Below, piece by piece: positions 1 through 8,463 of a stretch of 64,000 nucleotides of DNA. The DNA is from Alphaproteobacteria bacterium. Lineage in GTDB: Bacteria; Pseudomonadota; Alphaproteobacteria; Bin95. The number at the start of each line of letters is the position of its first letter. The first letter of the stretch is position 1. The translations under genes and the position numbers were made by a program. The DNA lies in contig CBDBGH010000003.1 of NCBI GenBank assembly GCA_965205265.1, positions 5,280,001 through 5,344,000 on the forward strand, in the 5' to 3' direction. Under the pieces are notes generated by a model. The model saw only the letters and a list, made by a program, of their open reading frames with translations, did not search any database and had not been told where the DNA came from.

Positions 1-12
1 ATATACGGCGTC

Positions 13-201
13 CCTTCAATGGTGGAGCGGGCGTGAAGCCCGCTGAAACGCCCCCATCATGGTGACGGAGCTGGATGCTCATCGTCCGCCTTCAATGTGT
101 GGAGCGGGCCCGAGGCCCGCTGAAACACTGCGCTGCCAGCGGGGCTCGTTTCAAGATCACGCCCCTTCAATGGGTGGAGCGGGCGCGAGACCCGCTGAAA
201 C
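13..201 (-). CRISPR. CRISPR-like array, 3 visible degenerate repeats (may continue beyond window start)
   Basis: CCTTCAATG(N3-4)GAGCGGGC-loop-(G/A)CCCGCTGAAAC at 13-49, 89-126 and 164-201, with unique spacers of 39 and 37 nt. Minus strand reads GTTTCAGCGGG...CATTGAAGG, resembling ATTGAAG-ending type I-G-like repeats. Confidence 0.8.
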
Positions 202-262
202 ACCCTCCGGCCTCCCAACCCCTTGGCGGGCAAAGGTTGACGGGGCGGTTTTCGAGCGGTCC
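202..262 (-). promoter_or_regulatory. putative CRISPR leader
   Basis: AACCCCTTG (217-225) and TTTTCGAGCGGT (249-260). The same motifs lie at a similar distance from the last repeat of the large array (15695-15738). Confidence 0.6.
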
Positions 263-661
263 CCGCGGTTTTGGTATCGCCGAACCGGTCGAAACGGACT
301 GGCGGTTCGATAGCGGCCGGCAGGCATCACGCATCACCACTGCCAGCGGCACCCGGCCAGGCCACAACGGAGGATCGACAATGTCAAAACAGCCACCGGG
401 CAAGCCGGAGGCTCCAGCATAGCGCCACCGAGCGCAAATACACATGGACCGTGGTCGGGATCCGCTTCACGCGGGAGGAACGCCGAAGGGTCGGTGGCTG
501 GATAGACGGACCGCGGCTGGCCGTCCGTCGGCTTGGCGTTGCACAAGGGGTTGGCCGAAGGGTCTTGCAAAGACCCGAACGGCCCTGGGGCTTTGGGTTT
601 TCAGCGGCATCGGAGACAATCCTTCCCCTGGGCCATTTGCGGTGCTGGAGAGAGGGCCTGG

Positions 662-1270
662 ATGCCGGATTTTGCAATCGTTTCCGAACAGGATCTGCGC
701 GAATGGCTTGCCGCGGGCGGAGACCCGAACGAGAGAAATTCGCGCGGGACGTCTGCTCTGGCCCGGGCGGCCGTGAGGGATAATACAGCTGCTGTGCGAT
801 TGTTGCTCGACGCCGGCGCGGATCCGAACGCCCGGGGCTGGAAGAACGAGACGGCGCTGATGAGGGCGGCCGTCAACGGGCATCTCGAGGTCATGGCGAT
901 GCTGCTCGAGGCCGGGGCGGACAGCGGCGCGGTCGAGGAGGAATGGGGGGATACGGCCCTGCACAGGGCAGTCCTCGGCGAACATCCGGCCGCGGTGGAC
1001 GTCCTGCTTTCGGCCGGCGCGGACGCGGAAGCCCGCGACAATGGCGGACATACCCCCCTGCACAGGGCCGCGGAACGGGGCGATGGCGGGATGATCCAGG
1101 CGCTGCTGGGATATGGCGTCAGGCCGGACCCGTCCAACGATGAGGGCAGAACGCCGGAAGACATGGCCAGGGCGGGCGGATATCCGGTGGCGGCGGAGAT
1201 GCTGGTCGCCGCCACCCGGCCGGAGCGGCCCGGGGAGACGGGCGGCCTGCCCGAGCCGGGGCGGACATAG
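662..1270 (+). CDS. ankyrin repeat protein
   Basis: Repeated TALxxAA / LLxAGADPN / TPLHRAA motifs. Start taken at MPDF, matching the paralogs. Confidence 0.9.
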   Translation: MPDFAIVSEQDLREWLAAGGDPNERNSRGTSALARAAVRDNTAAVRLLLDAGADPNARGWKNETALMRAAVNGHLEVMAMLLEAGADSGAVEEEWGDTALHRAVLGEHPAAVDVLLSAGADAEARDNGGHTPLHRAAERGDGGMIQALLGYGVRPDPSNDEGRTPEDMARAGGYPVAAEMLVAATRPERPGETGGLPEPGRT

Positions 1271-1366
1271 CGCCTTCGGACGGCGGCATTTTCACGGATA
1301 TGCTTTAGCATCTTGGCCGACCATGGGCATATGAATGGCCCGGTGCCGGGAAGAAGGGTTTGACCG

Positions 1367-2383
1367 ATGGCGACACGCTGTGTGATTTGCGCGAACCGGC
1401 TGGATGGAGGCCGTCCGCAGGTGAACTTCATCCACTACGATGGCTATCCGGACAACAACGGCGTCGGCGAACGCCTGTTGAGGCACTATTCGACGCCAGG
1501 GGCTGTCGAGGAACTGGTCGGGCTGGGAGACCTCGTTGCCCTGGGAAACACGCCGGGCGAATGCGAACGGCGGGAACCAGCCGGGTCCCGCTTGTTCCCG
1601 GCCGAGCGGCACGGCGGTGAGCCCTTGGGGACAACGCTGCTCCGTGCTGTCGAACACGCCTTCGATGTGGAATGGGCCTATCTCTTCGACGGCGAGCGCT
1701 GGGAGTGTATGGCAGGTCCGGCCCGCGCCGCGGAGTGGCGCGGTGTGCCGGTCGACGAGACAGTGCGGCGCCTGAAGATCTGGGACAGGTTCCCCTTCGA
1801 CCGATTCGAGACTCTCGAGGCGGGGAAGGTGCCGGACGCGGTCGAAGGGCTCCGGGCGACCGCCGCCGACACCGGCGAACTCGACAATCCCTGGTGGTTC
1901 CGTCATGCCGTGGGACTTGCGGCGTACGGAAACAATCGCGAGGGCCTGAAAGCCCTGCTGGACATGGCGGCGGAATTCGACCCGGTCGCAAAGGGCGCGG
2001 ACAGGAGGCTTGCAAGCCACGCGCTGTGTTGGGCCGTCGAGTCGCCGCGGTCGGAGGAGGCCACGGTGCAATTGCTGCTGGATGCCGGGGCGGATCCCAA
2101 CGCATCCAGGGGGAAGGGTCGGCCATCGGTCCTGCACAGGGCGCTTGACTGGGGCTATATGCTCAAGGAGGGAGTGGTCCTTCGCCTGGTCGAGGCTGGC
2201 GCCGATGCCGCCGCGCCGGATGACTGGAAGGCGAGAACGGCTCTGGAGCGAATGCTGCATCTGGACGGCAAGGGTCTGGAGGACCGGCAGACGCCGATCA
2301 ACCTGAAGGAGGCGATCACGGCAGCCGAAAGGCAAGTCGGGCGCCAGACCGAAAGTGACCTGCCGTCGCCCGCGCCATCCTGA
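1367..2383 (+). CDS. hypothetical N-terminal domain (HYDGYP motif) fused to C-terminal ankyrin repeats
   Basis: N-terminal MATR...IHYDGYP...EWAYLFDGERW; C-terminal LLLDAGADPNA and LVEAGADA ankyrin-like repeats. Confidence 0.75.
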   Translation: MATRCVICANRLDGGRPQVNFIHYDGYPDNNGVGERLLRHYSTPGAVEELVGLGDLVALGNTPGECERREPAGSRLFPAERHGGEPLGTTLLRAVEHAFDVEWAYLFDGERWECMAGPARAAEWRGVPVDETVRRLKIWDRFPFDRFETLEAGKVPDAVEGLRATAADTGELDNPWWFRHAVGLAAYGNNREGLKALLDMAAEFDPVAKGADRRLASHALCWAVESPRSEEATVQLLLDAGADPNASRGKGRPSVLHRALDWGYMLKEGVVLRLVEAGADAAAPDDWKARTALERMLHLDGKGLEDRQTPINLKEAITAAERQVGRQTESDLPSPAPS

Positions 2384-2422
2384 GGGGGCGTCAGGCGCCC
2401 GGGCCGGGCACAGGGATAGACA

Positions 2423-3355
2423 GTGGAGGGCAGTTTCGTGGACCAGACGGGGATGACACGGTTCAGGAGCGCCACGGCAGAGGATGTCCGGGCGATGCTC
2501 GCGGACGAACTGGCGGAGGATATAGACCGGGAGGACGGGTTCTGGATGACGGCCTCCCTCTATGCGGCCAATACGGGAAACAATGCCGCCCTGAAAACAC
2601 TTCTCGACGCCGGCGCCGATCCGAACCATTGCGGCGGTCCGCCAATGCAACCGATTCTGCATTTCGCTGCCGGCTCGAAGGAGGCGGATGCGGAGACCGT
2701 GACCCTGCTTCTCGAAGCCGGTGCCGATCCGGACGCACCCGGCGGGAGCCTCGCTACAACGGCCCTTCAGGAGGTGCTGTCCCGGACCGATGAGGGGCCG
2801 ACCTCGGAGATCGCGCTAAAGCTGCTGGAGCATGGCGCATCCTGCGACCGGGGCGAGGGGTACCGGCATGTGTCACCGCCGCTGGGCCTCGCGGTCCGCT
2901 ACAACCGCGATCCCGCGGTCATCCGGGCCCTTCTCGACCGCGGGGCGGACCCCGACACGGTCGGCGGCAGGTCACACGCGCCGGCGCTGCACGACGCTCT
3001 TCGGGAAAGAAGGGAAGACGAACTCACGGCTGAAATCGTCGATATTCTCCTGGCTGCAGGCGCCGACCCGAACAGCAGGGACAAGGCGGACGCGCTGCTT
3101 GCGGCGGGCGCGGATGCGACCATCACCGACCAGGCGGGCAGGACTGCCCTGCACTATGCGTGCGAGTCCCCGCACAGGGGAGACGGGATGATCCGCCTGC
3201 TGGTGAAAACCGGTCTCAATCCGCTTGAGCGGGACGGCCAGGGCATGACAGCGATGGAGCTGGCTATCGAGGCCGAATGGCCGGAGAGCACCATGGCGAT
3301 GTTGGGCAGGGCCATGGGCCGTGAGGCGGACGCCGCGGCCGGACCGACGATGTAA
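2423..3355 (+). CDS. ankyrin repeat protein
   Basis: Multiple LLxAGADPN/D repeats and GRTALHYA. Start may be ATG 2453. Confidence 0.9.
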   Translation: MEGSFVDQTGMTRFRSATAEDVRAMLADELAEDIDREDGFWMTASLYAANTGNNAALKTLLDAGADPNHCGGPPMQPILHFAAGSKEADAETVTLLLEAGADPDAPGGSLATTALQEVLSRTDEGPTSEIALKLLEHGASCDRGEGYRHVSPPLGLAVRYNRDPAVIRALLDRGADPDTVGGRSHAPALHDALRERREDELTAEIVDILLAAGADPNSRDKADALLAAGADATITDQAGRTALHYACESPHRGDGMIRLLVKTGLNPLERDGQGMTAMELAIEAEWPESTMAMLGRAMGREADAAAGPTM

Positions 3356-3449
3356 TCCCTCCTCTGCCCCGGCGCCTGACAAGAGAGCGACCGGAAGGCA
3401 GGACAGGCCTCATACAGGTGCTCCATATGGCCGGGGACGGCCTTGGCGG

Positions 3450-3860
3450 TCACTGCGACGGGACCGGCCATATGGAGGGCCTGTAGTCGAAAAGTCCGGT
3501 GTCCGGAAGCAGGGAGATGGCGAACAGGAAAAGGCTGCCCGTCAACAGGCAGACGGCGGACATTGCCATCGCGGCGCCGCGGCGTTCGTGTTTCATGGAG
3601 CGGCGCAGGTAAAGGACGGCATAAATGACGGCAACCAGCAGGAAGACAGTGCCAATGGATGTGAGCATGAACGAAAAGGGGTTCGATAACGGAGTGATCC
3701 GGAACAGAAGATCGGAGGTATCGGGAACGTTGCCGTAGGGGGCGGCGGGCGTCCCGCCGAGGGGGATTGCGGCGGAGGCGGCAAGGACCGCCACGAGCCG
3801 GATGCCGCGACGACATGCCGGCCGGGTGGCGGGGCGGTCCTTGTCCGGGGGCCGGTGCAT
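3450..3860 (-). CDS. putative small membrane protein
   Basis: Two or three hydrophobic segments; start uncertain. Confidence 0.45.
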   Translation of the reverse strand: MHRPPDKDRPATRPACRRGIRLVAVLAASAAIPLGGTPAAPYGNVPDTSDLLFRITPLSNPFSFMLTSIGTVFLLVAVIYAVLYLRRSMKHERRGAAMAMSAVCLLTGSLFLFAISLLPDTGLFDYRPSIWPVPSQ

Positions 3861-4034
3861 ACAGGGATATGCCGGGATGTTCGCCCGGATGGCAAGGGAT
3901 GCCGACTATCGGGTCCCCGGGAATTCCCGTTGGCCGGGCGGTTTTATGGGGAAACCGGGGCGAAAGCGTACGCGGCTGGAATTCAAAGGCGATAATATCG
4001 CCGGGAGGTCACCTGGTACAGGAATGGAGCCGAC

Positions 4035-4373
4035 ATGCAGGTCAACATGGAAATAGCCGAAGCGCGGGAAGGAGAGGTCCTCATCGTTGCGCCGTCCGGA
4101 CGTCTCGACAGCGCATCGTCGCCGGTCCTTGAGGGCCGCCTGAAGCAGAAGATCGGAAGCGGCGAAGCCAGGGCCCTCCTGCTCGACCTGGCTGGCCTGG
4201 CCTATATGAGTTCGGCGGGCATGCGGGTGCTCATGCTTGCAGCGAGGTCGAGCAAGTCCGAAGGCGTAGCCTTTGCCCTCTGCGGCGTGCGGCCGGAGGT
4301 CAACCAGATCCTGGCCATGAGCGGAATGGACCGGCTCTACACCTTCTACGAGGGGCTTACAAAGGTAAGTTGA
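4035..4373 (+). pseudogene. STAS-domain anti-sigma factor antagonist, 3' end split by the tnpB element
   Basis: GRLD...LLDLAGLAYMSSAGMRVL STAS motif. The native C-terminus FYDDREAGVAGMA* resumes after the element at 5689-5730. Confidence 0.85.
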
Positions 4374-5688
4374 CATTGCCGTGTATCGTATCCAGTTCGG
4401 CCGCATGAGCGAGGTCTTCACGCACCGTCAGGTGGTATTCCGGCTTCTGCCGGGCCGCCGGTCCGTTTGGCGGCGTCTGGAGCGGGTTCTGGAGGCGCAG
4501 CGGCAGTTGTACAACGCCGCCCTTCAGGAACGCTGCGACGCCTGGCATCTGGCCGGGCGGTCGCTCTCCTATATCGACCAGGCGAAGAGCCTGACGGTGT
4601 GCCGCCGGGAGGACCCCGAGATGGCGGCCGTTCCGGTCGCCGTGCAGCGCGGGACGCTGAAGCGCCTGGACGAGGCGATGAAGGGCTTCTTCCGGCGGGT
4701 GAAGGCGGGCCAGAAGCCGGGTTTTCCCCGGTTCCGGTCCCGCCGGCGGTTCGACAGCCTCTCCTTCGTCTCGGGGGTGAGGCTGGAGGACCGGGCCCGG
4801 CCCGGCGCGGACTGCGGGTCCGGCGCGGCCTGCCTGCGCCTTCCGGGTTTCGGCCCGCTTGCGGTCCGCCAGCGGGGCGGCAACCCGCATGGGGATGGCG
4901 AGCCGGTCTCGGCGGTGCTGAAGCGCGAGGCCGGCAAGTGGTACGCCGTGGTCTGCTACCGGGTCCCGGCGCCGGCGGTCCACGAGGATGACGACAGCGT
5001 CATCGGGGTGGACATGAACGCTGGCCAGGTGGCGGCGAGCGGTCCGGGGCCGGAAGCCCGCCTGTTCCATGCCCCGGATACGCGGCGGCTGGAGGCGAGG
5101 GCGAAGCGCCTTGCCCGGCGTCTGGCGCGCCAGAAGCGCGGCTCCGGGCGCCGGGAGCGCACCCGCGCCCGTCTGGCGAAGACGAGGCGGCGCCTTTCCG
5201 GGATGCGGTGCGACTGGCGCCACCATGTCTCGCGGACAGTCGCCGACGCCGCCCATACCGTCGCCGTCGAGGACCTCCGGGTCCGGAACATGACGCGCAG
5301 CGCCCGGGGCACGACAGAGGAGCCGGGCGCCCGGGTCCGGCAGAAGGCCGGGCTCAACCGCGTCATCCTGGCCACGGGATGGGCGGAACTGCGCTTCATG
5401 TTCGGCTACAAGGCGGGACGGCTGCTCGCGGTCGACCCGGCCCATACCAGCCGGACCTGCGCCGCCTGCGGCCATGTCGATGCCGGCTCGCGGCGTTCGC
5501 GGGCCGAATTCCAGTGCACGGCCTGCGGCCATGCGGACCATGCCGACGCGAATGCCGGCAGCAACATCCGGCGTCGGGGACTGGCGCTGCTGCACGGGGA
5601 GGGGCGTTCCGGCTTGCGGACCCCTGCGATCCGTGAAAACGCAGGGATGCTGGCGGCATGACGCCGTCAACTCATCTTTGTAAGGCCC
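4352..5688 (+). mobile_element. non-autonomous tnpB element with TIRs and 8-bp TSD, copy 1 (1337 bp)
   Basis: Left end GGGGCTTACAAAGGTAAGTTGAC; right end reverse complement GGGCCTTACAAAGATGAGTTGAC (20/23 identical). TTCTACGA duplicated at 4344-4351 and 5689-5696. Confidence 0.92.
4381..5661 (+). CDS. tnpB: RNA-guided endonuclease TnpB
   Basis: N-terminal LYNAAL, GFPRF(R/K)S, RuvC-I IGVDMN, RuvC-II VAVEDL, Zn ribbon CAACG...CTACG, RuvC-III HADANA; D/E/D triad intact. Confidence 0.95.
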   Translation: MYRIQFGRMSEVFTHRQVVFRLLPGRRSVWRRLERVLEAQRQLYNAALQERCDAWHLAGRSLSYIDQAKSLTVCRREDPEMAAVPVAVQRGTLKRLDEAMKGFFRRVKAGQKPGFPRFRSRRRFDSLSFVSGVRLEDRARPGADCGSGAACLRLPGFGPLAVRQRGGNPHGDGEPVSAVLKREAGKWYAVVCYRVPAPAVHEDDDSVIGVDMNAGQVAASGPGPEARLFHAPDTRRLEARAKRLARRLARQKRGSGRRERTRARLAKTRRRLSGMRCDWRHHVSRTVADAAHTVAVEDLRVRNMTRSARGTTEEPGARVRQKAGLNRVILATGWAELRFMFGYKAGRLLAVDPAHTSRTCAACGHVDAGSRRSRAEFQCTACGHADHADANAGSNIRRRGLALLHGEGRSGLRTPAIRENAGMLAA

Positions 5689-5726
5689 TTCTACGATGAC
5701 CGTGAGGCTGGCGTGGCGGGTATGGC

Positions 5727-6389
5727 GTGATGCGGAAATTGAGCTTTCCCGAAGAAATCCTGCTGCTGATGCTTCATGACGAGGACGGCAGTTTTCTGCC
5801 GGTTCCGGAAATGTCGATGAGGTGCGCCCTGGCGGGCGCCGTGCTGATGGAACTGGCCCAGGCGGCCCGCATCGACACCGACACCGAGAAGTTCTTTCTC
5901 GTCAATACGGAGCCGACAGGCAACGGTCTCCTCGACACGACGCTGAAGCGCATAGCGGAAGCCGACGGGGACCGCAGCACGCGCTATTGGGTCGAGAGCG
6001 TCTCGAGCGAGGCTGACCGGATCCGCGAGGAAGCGCTTGCGGGTCTGGTCGACAAGGGCATCCTCAGCCGCGAGGAGGACCGTCTCCTGTGGGTATTCGG
6101 CTCGCGGCGCTATCCGATCATCGACGGCGATGCCGAAAGGGAGGTCAAGCTGCGGGTGCTCGGTGTGCTGCGGGATCCGGAAGAGATCCCGGATCCGCGC
6201 GACGCCGTCATTATCGGCCTCTGCAATTGCTGCGGGCTTTTCGCCGAAATGCTGTCGGCCCAGGAGTTGCACAGCCTGCAGGGCCGGATCAACGAGATCA
6301 GCGGCTACGACCTTATAGGCCAGGCCGTGGCGAAATCGATCCGCGACATCCAGGTCTCCCTTGACGCGGCCACCCACCCGTTTGCCTGA
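5727..6389 (+). CDS. GPP34/GOLPH3-Vps74 family protein
   Basis: EEILLLML...ALAGAVLMELA...RID...LVDKGIL...LLWVF.SRRYP pattern. Start overlaps the native STAS stop codon. Confidence 0.85.
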   Translation: MMRKLSFPEEILLLMLHDEDGSFLPVPEMSMRCALAGAVLMELAQAARIDTDTEKFFLVNTEPTGNGLLDTTLKRIAEADGDRSTRYWVESVSSEADRIREEALAGLVDKGILSREEDRLLWVFGSRRYPIIDGDAEREVKLRVLGVLRDPEEIPDPRDAVIIGLCNCCGLFAEMLSAQELHSLQGRINEISGYDLIGQAVAKSIRDIQVSLDAATHPFA

Positions 6390-6612
6390 ACCCCGGCGTC
6401 GCCAGCGTGTCCCGTAAGGGGCGCGCCGAAGGCGACTGCAGCTTTACCGTGTGGATGGGGATATGCGCAGGACCCTGGCGGTGAGGTTGCCCGCTTCCGA
6501 TATGGTAGAAAACTAGACAGCCAGCGAGAGAGGATGTAGAATACTAGACACACTGGCCAGGCCGGCGGCCAGGGTGACGGGCCGGAAGGCCCCGGCGAAT
6601 GGGGAGGAAGCC

Positions 6613-6698
6613 ATGCCGCGTCTGAATTGGGCGTCTTTCAAGTCCATCGTCCCGGTTGCGCTGTCCCTGCGGAGAGAGCACTGGGACCTGTTTTCCCG
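6613..6698 (+). pseudogene. 5' fragment of a gene interrupted by IS21 (continues at 10789)
   Basis: GGAGG RBS then MPRLNWASFK...; removing the IS and one TCCCG copy joins it in frame to the 10898..12166 ORF. Confidence 0.75.
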
Positions 6699-6792
6699 TG
6701 TTAGCGACGGTTAGGAAGGGCGTTTATTTGCTGGCGCGGAACGGCCGGTTTGTGCGGCTTGCGAGCAGCGTCGCATGGGTTAGGTGTTGCGT

Positions 6793-7685
6793 TCATCTGA
6801 TTGGGCGGTCATCGGTTTCGAGCGGCTCGCCGTCGCGGTCACGGATGAGCATGTCGTTCCAGTCCTGGTTTTCGAGGGCCGGTCGCATTCGGACGATTCT
6901 TGTGTCGTTGTCTTGCATGCGGCGGGCGGCGTGATCGCCGTATCGTGTAGCGTCCCAGGCACAGAAGATACGGCGCGGGTTCCAGGCCTCGACCCATTTG
7001 GGGATTCTGGCCGTGATGGCGCCGGTGGAGACGACGGCGCATTTGCTGCGTTTTTCCGGGACGAGGTGGAGGGAGAGGATCGACAGGGCGTCGAGGGCGC
7101 TGCCGGTGAGGATGACGGTGCCGGGCCAGTCGGGCTCCCATGACATCCAGAAGCCGCCGTCTGCGGCCGGCTCCTGCGCTGCGGGGAGGGTCTCTATGCC
7201 GACCACCTTGCTGGCGGCGTTTCGGCGGAGGAACACGGGATTGCCGCGCCGGTCGGCACGGATCAGGCCGAGGCCTCGGCATAGCTCGACGAGCGCGTCG
7301 GCGAGGCCGCGCTGCTCGATGAGGTATTGCCGCAGCGCCGGCCAGCGAGGTCCTGGCACGAGGGCTCCGCCTCACAGCGACTGTTCGGGAGCCGTGAGTG
7401 GCGCGGCAGTTGGGCGAGGAAGTCGAGGGCTTCGGTCGTTGGGCATCCGAGCGCATGAACCGCCAGCTGGATGGCCCCGGCGCCTCCCTCTCCGCGCAGA
7501 TGGTCGTAGAACATGAAGCGGTTGATGGAGAGGACCGAACCGGCTCGTCTCCAGCGCGCGGCATCGGCGGGATCGCGGCGATAGCCGAGGGCGTGGACCA
7601 CGTCTTCGAGGGGGCAGCTTCGCAGCCCCTCGGCCCGCAGGCGGCGATCCCATGGATGCAGATGCTGCACGGCTGGCTCAGGCAT
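6793..7685 (-). pseudogene. DUF3991/Toprim primase-like passenger ORF, frameshifted in this copy
   Basis: G(G)AIQL..H..G....EA..FL, YL...RGL, SALDALS, AWD...GD and DWND motifs. One G is missing at ~7350 relative to the intact copy at 61922..62815. Confidence 0.7.
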
Positions 7686-8463
7686 CCCCCGTGTCTTGCG
7701 CCGTGCTCTTGCCCGCTCCTTTTGCCGATCGCCGCCGGCGGCGATCGGCGCTGCGCTGCTTCTGGCGTTCCTCGGCCTCCTTGCGGCGGTATGAGTCGCC
7801 GTCGATGGCGAGGATCTCGGCATTGTGGACGAGCCGGTCGACAAGGGCCACGAGGCAGGCGGCGTTGGGGAAGGCCTCGCTCCACTCGGCGAAGGGGCGG
7901 TTTGTGGTGATGATGGTGGAGCGCTGCTGGCTGCGGCTTGAGACGATATTGAACAGCAGGTCGGCATGACGGTTGGAGTAGGAGAGATATCCGACTTCGT
8001 CGATGACCAGGAGGTGCTGGCGGGCGTAGAAGCGCAGCCTGCGCTGGAGCATTGTGTCGGAGTCGATGGCGGCGAGCTCGCCGAGCAGGCTGGCGGCGGT
8101 TGCGAAGCGCACGGTGTGGCCTTCGAGGACGGCGCGGTGTGCGATATTGGCGGCGATTGTGGACTTGCCGACGCCGTTGGGGCCGATGAGGACGACATTG
8201 GCGCCCTCGCGGAGGAAGTTGAGGGTCATGAGGTCCTCGACGGCCATGCGGTCGCATCGCCTTGGCCAGTCCCAGTCGAAGTCGGCGAGCGGCTTGAACT
8301 GTCCGAGGCGGGCGGCGGTGAGGCGTCGCCTGAGGCTTCGGCTTCGCCTCTCTTCCTCTTCCCATGCGATCAGGGGCGGGAGCCAGTCGCGCTCCGCAAC
8401 CTCGCTCCAGTGGGCGAGGAGGCCGTGCAGTCCGAGCGCCGTGGCGCGGTCCTTGAGGGTCAT
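7678..8463 (-). CDS. istB: IS21-family helper ATPase IstB
   Basis: Walker A GPNGVGKS, Walker [29 protein letters not shown]. Confidence 0.95.
   Translation of the reverse strand: MTLKDRATALGLHGLLAHWSEVAERDWLPPLIAWEEEERRSRSLRRRLTAARLGQFKPLADFDWDWPRRCDRMAVEDLMTLNFLREGANVVLIGPNGVGKSTIAANIAHRAVLEGHTVRFATAASLLGELAAIDSDTMLQRRLRFYARQHLLVIDEVGYLSYSNRHADLLFNIVSSRSQQRSTIITTNRPFAEWSEAFPNAACLVALVDRLVHNAEILAIDGDSYRRKEAEERQKQRSADRRRRRSAKGAGKSTAQDTGDA

Noticed and set aside
127-163. Spacer similarity (CTGCCAGCGGGGC) to 38567-38579
   Set aside because: Only ~13 nt in GC-rich DNA, which is expected by chance. A systematic spacer search could not be run.
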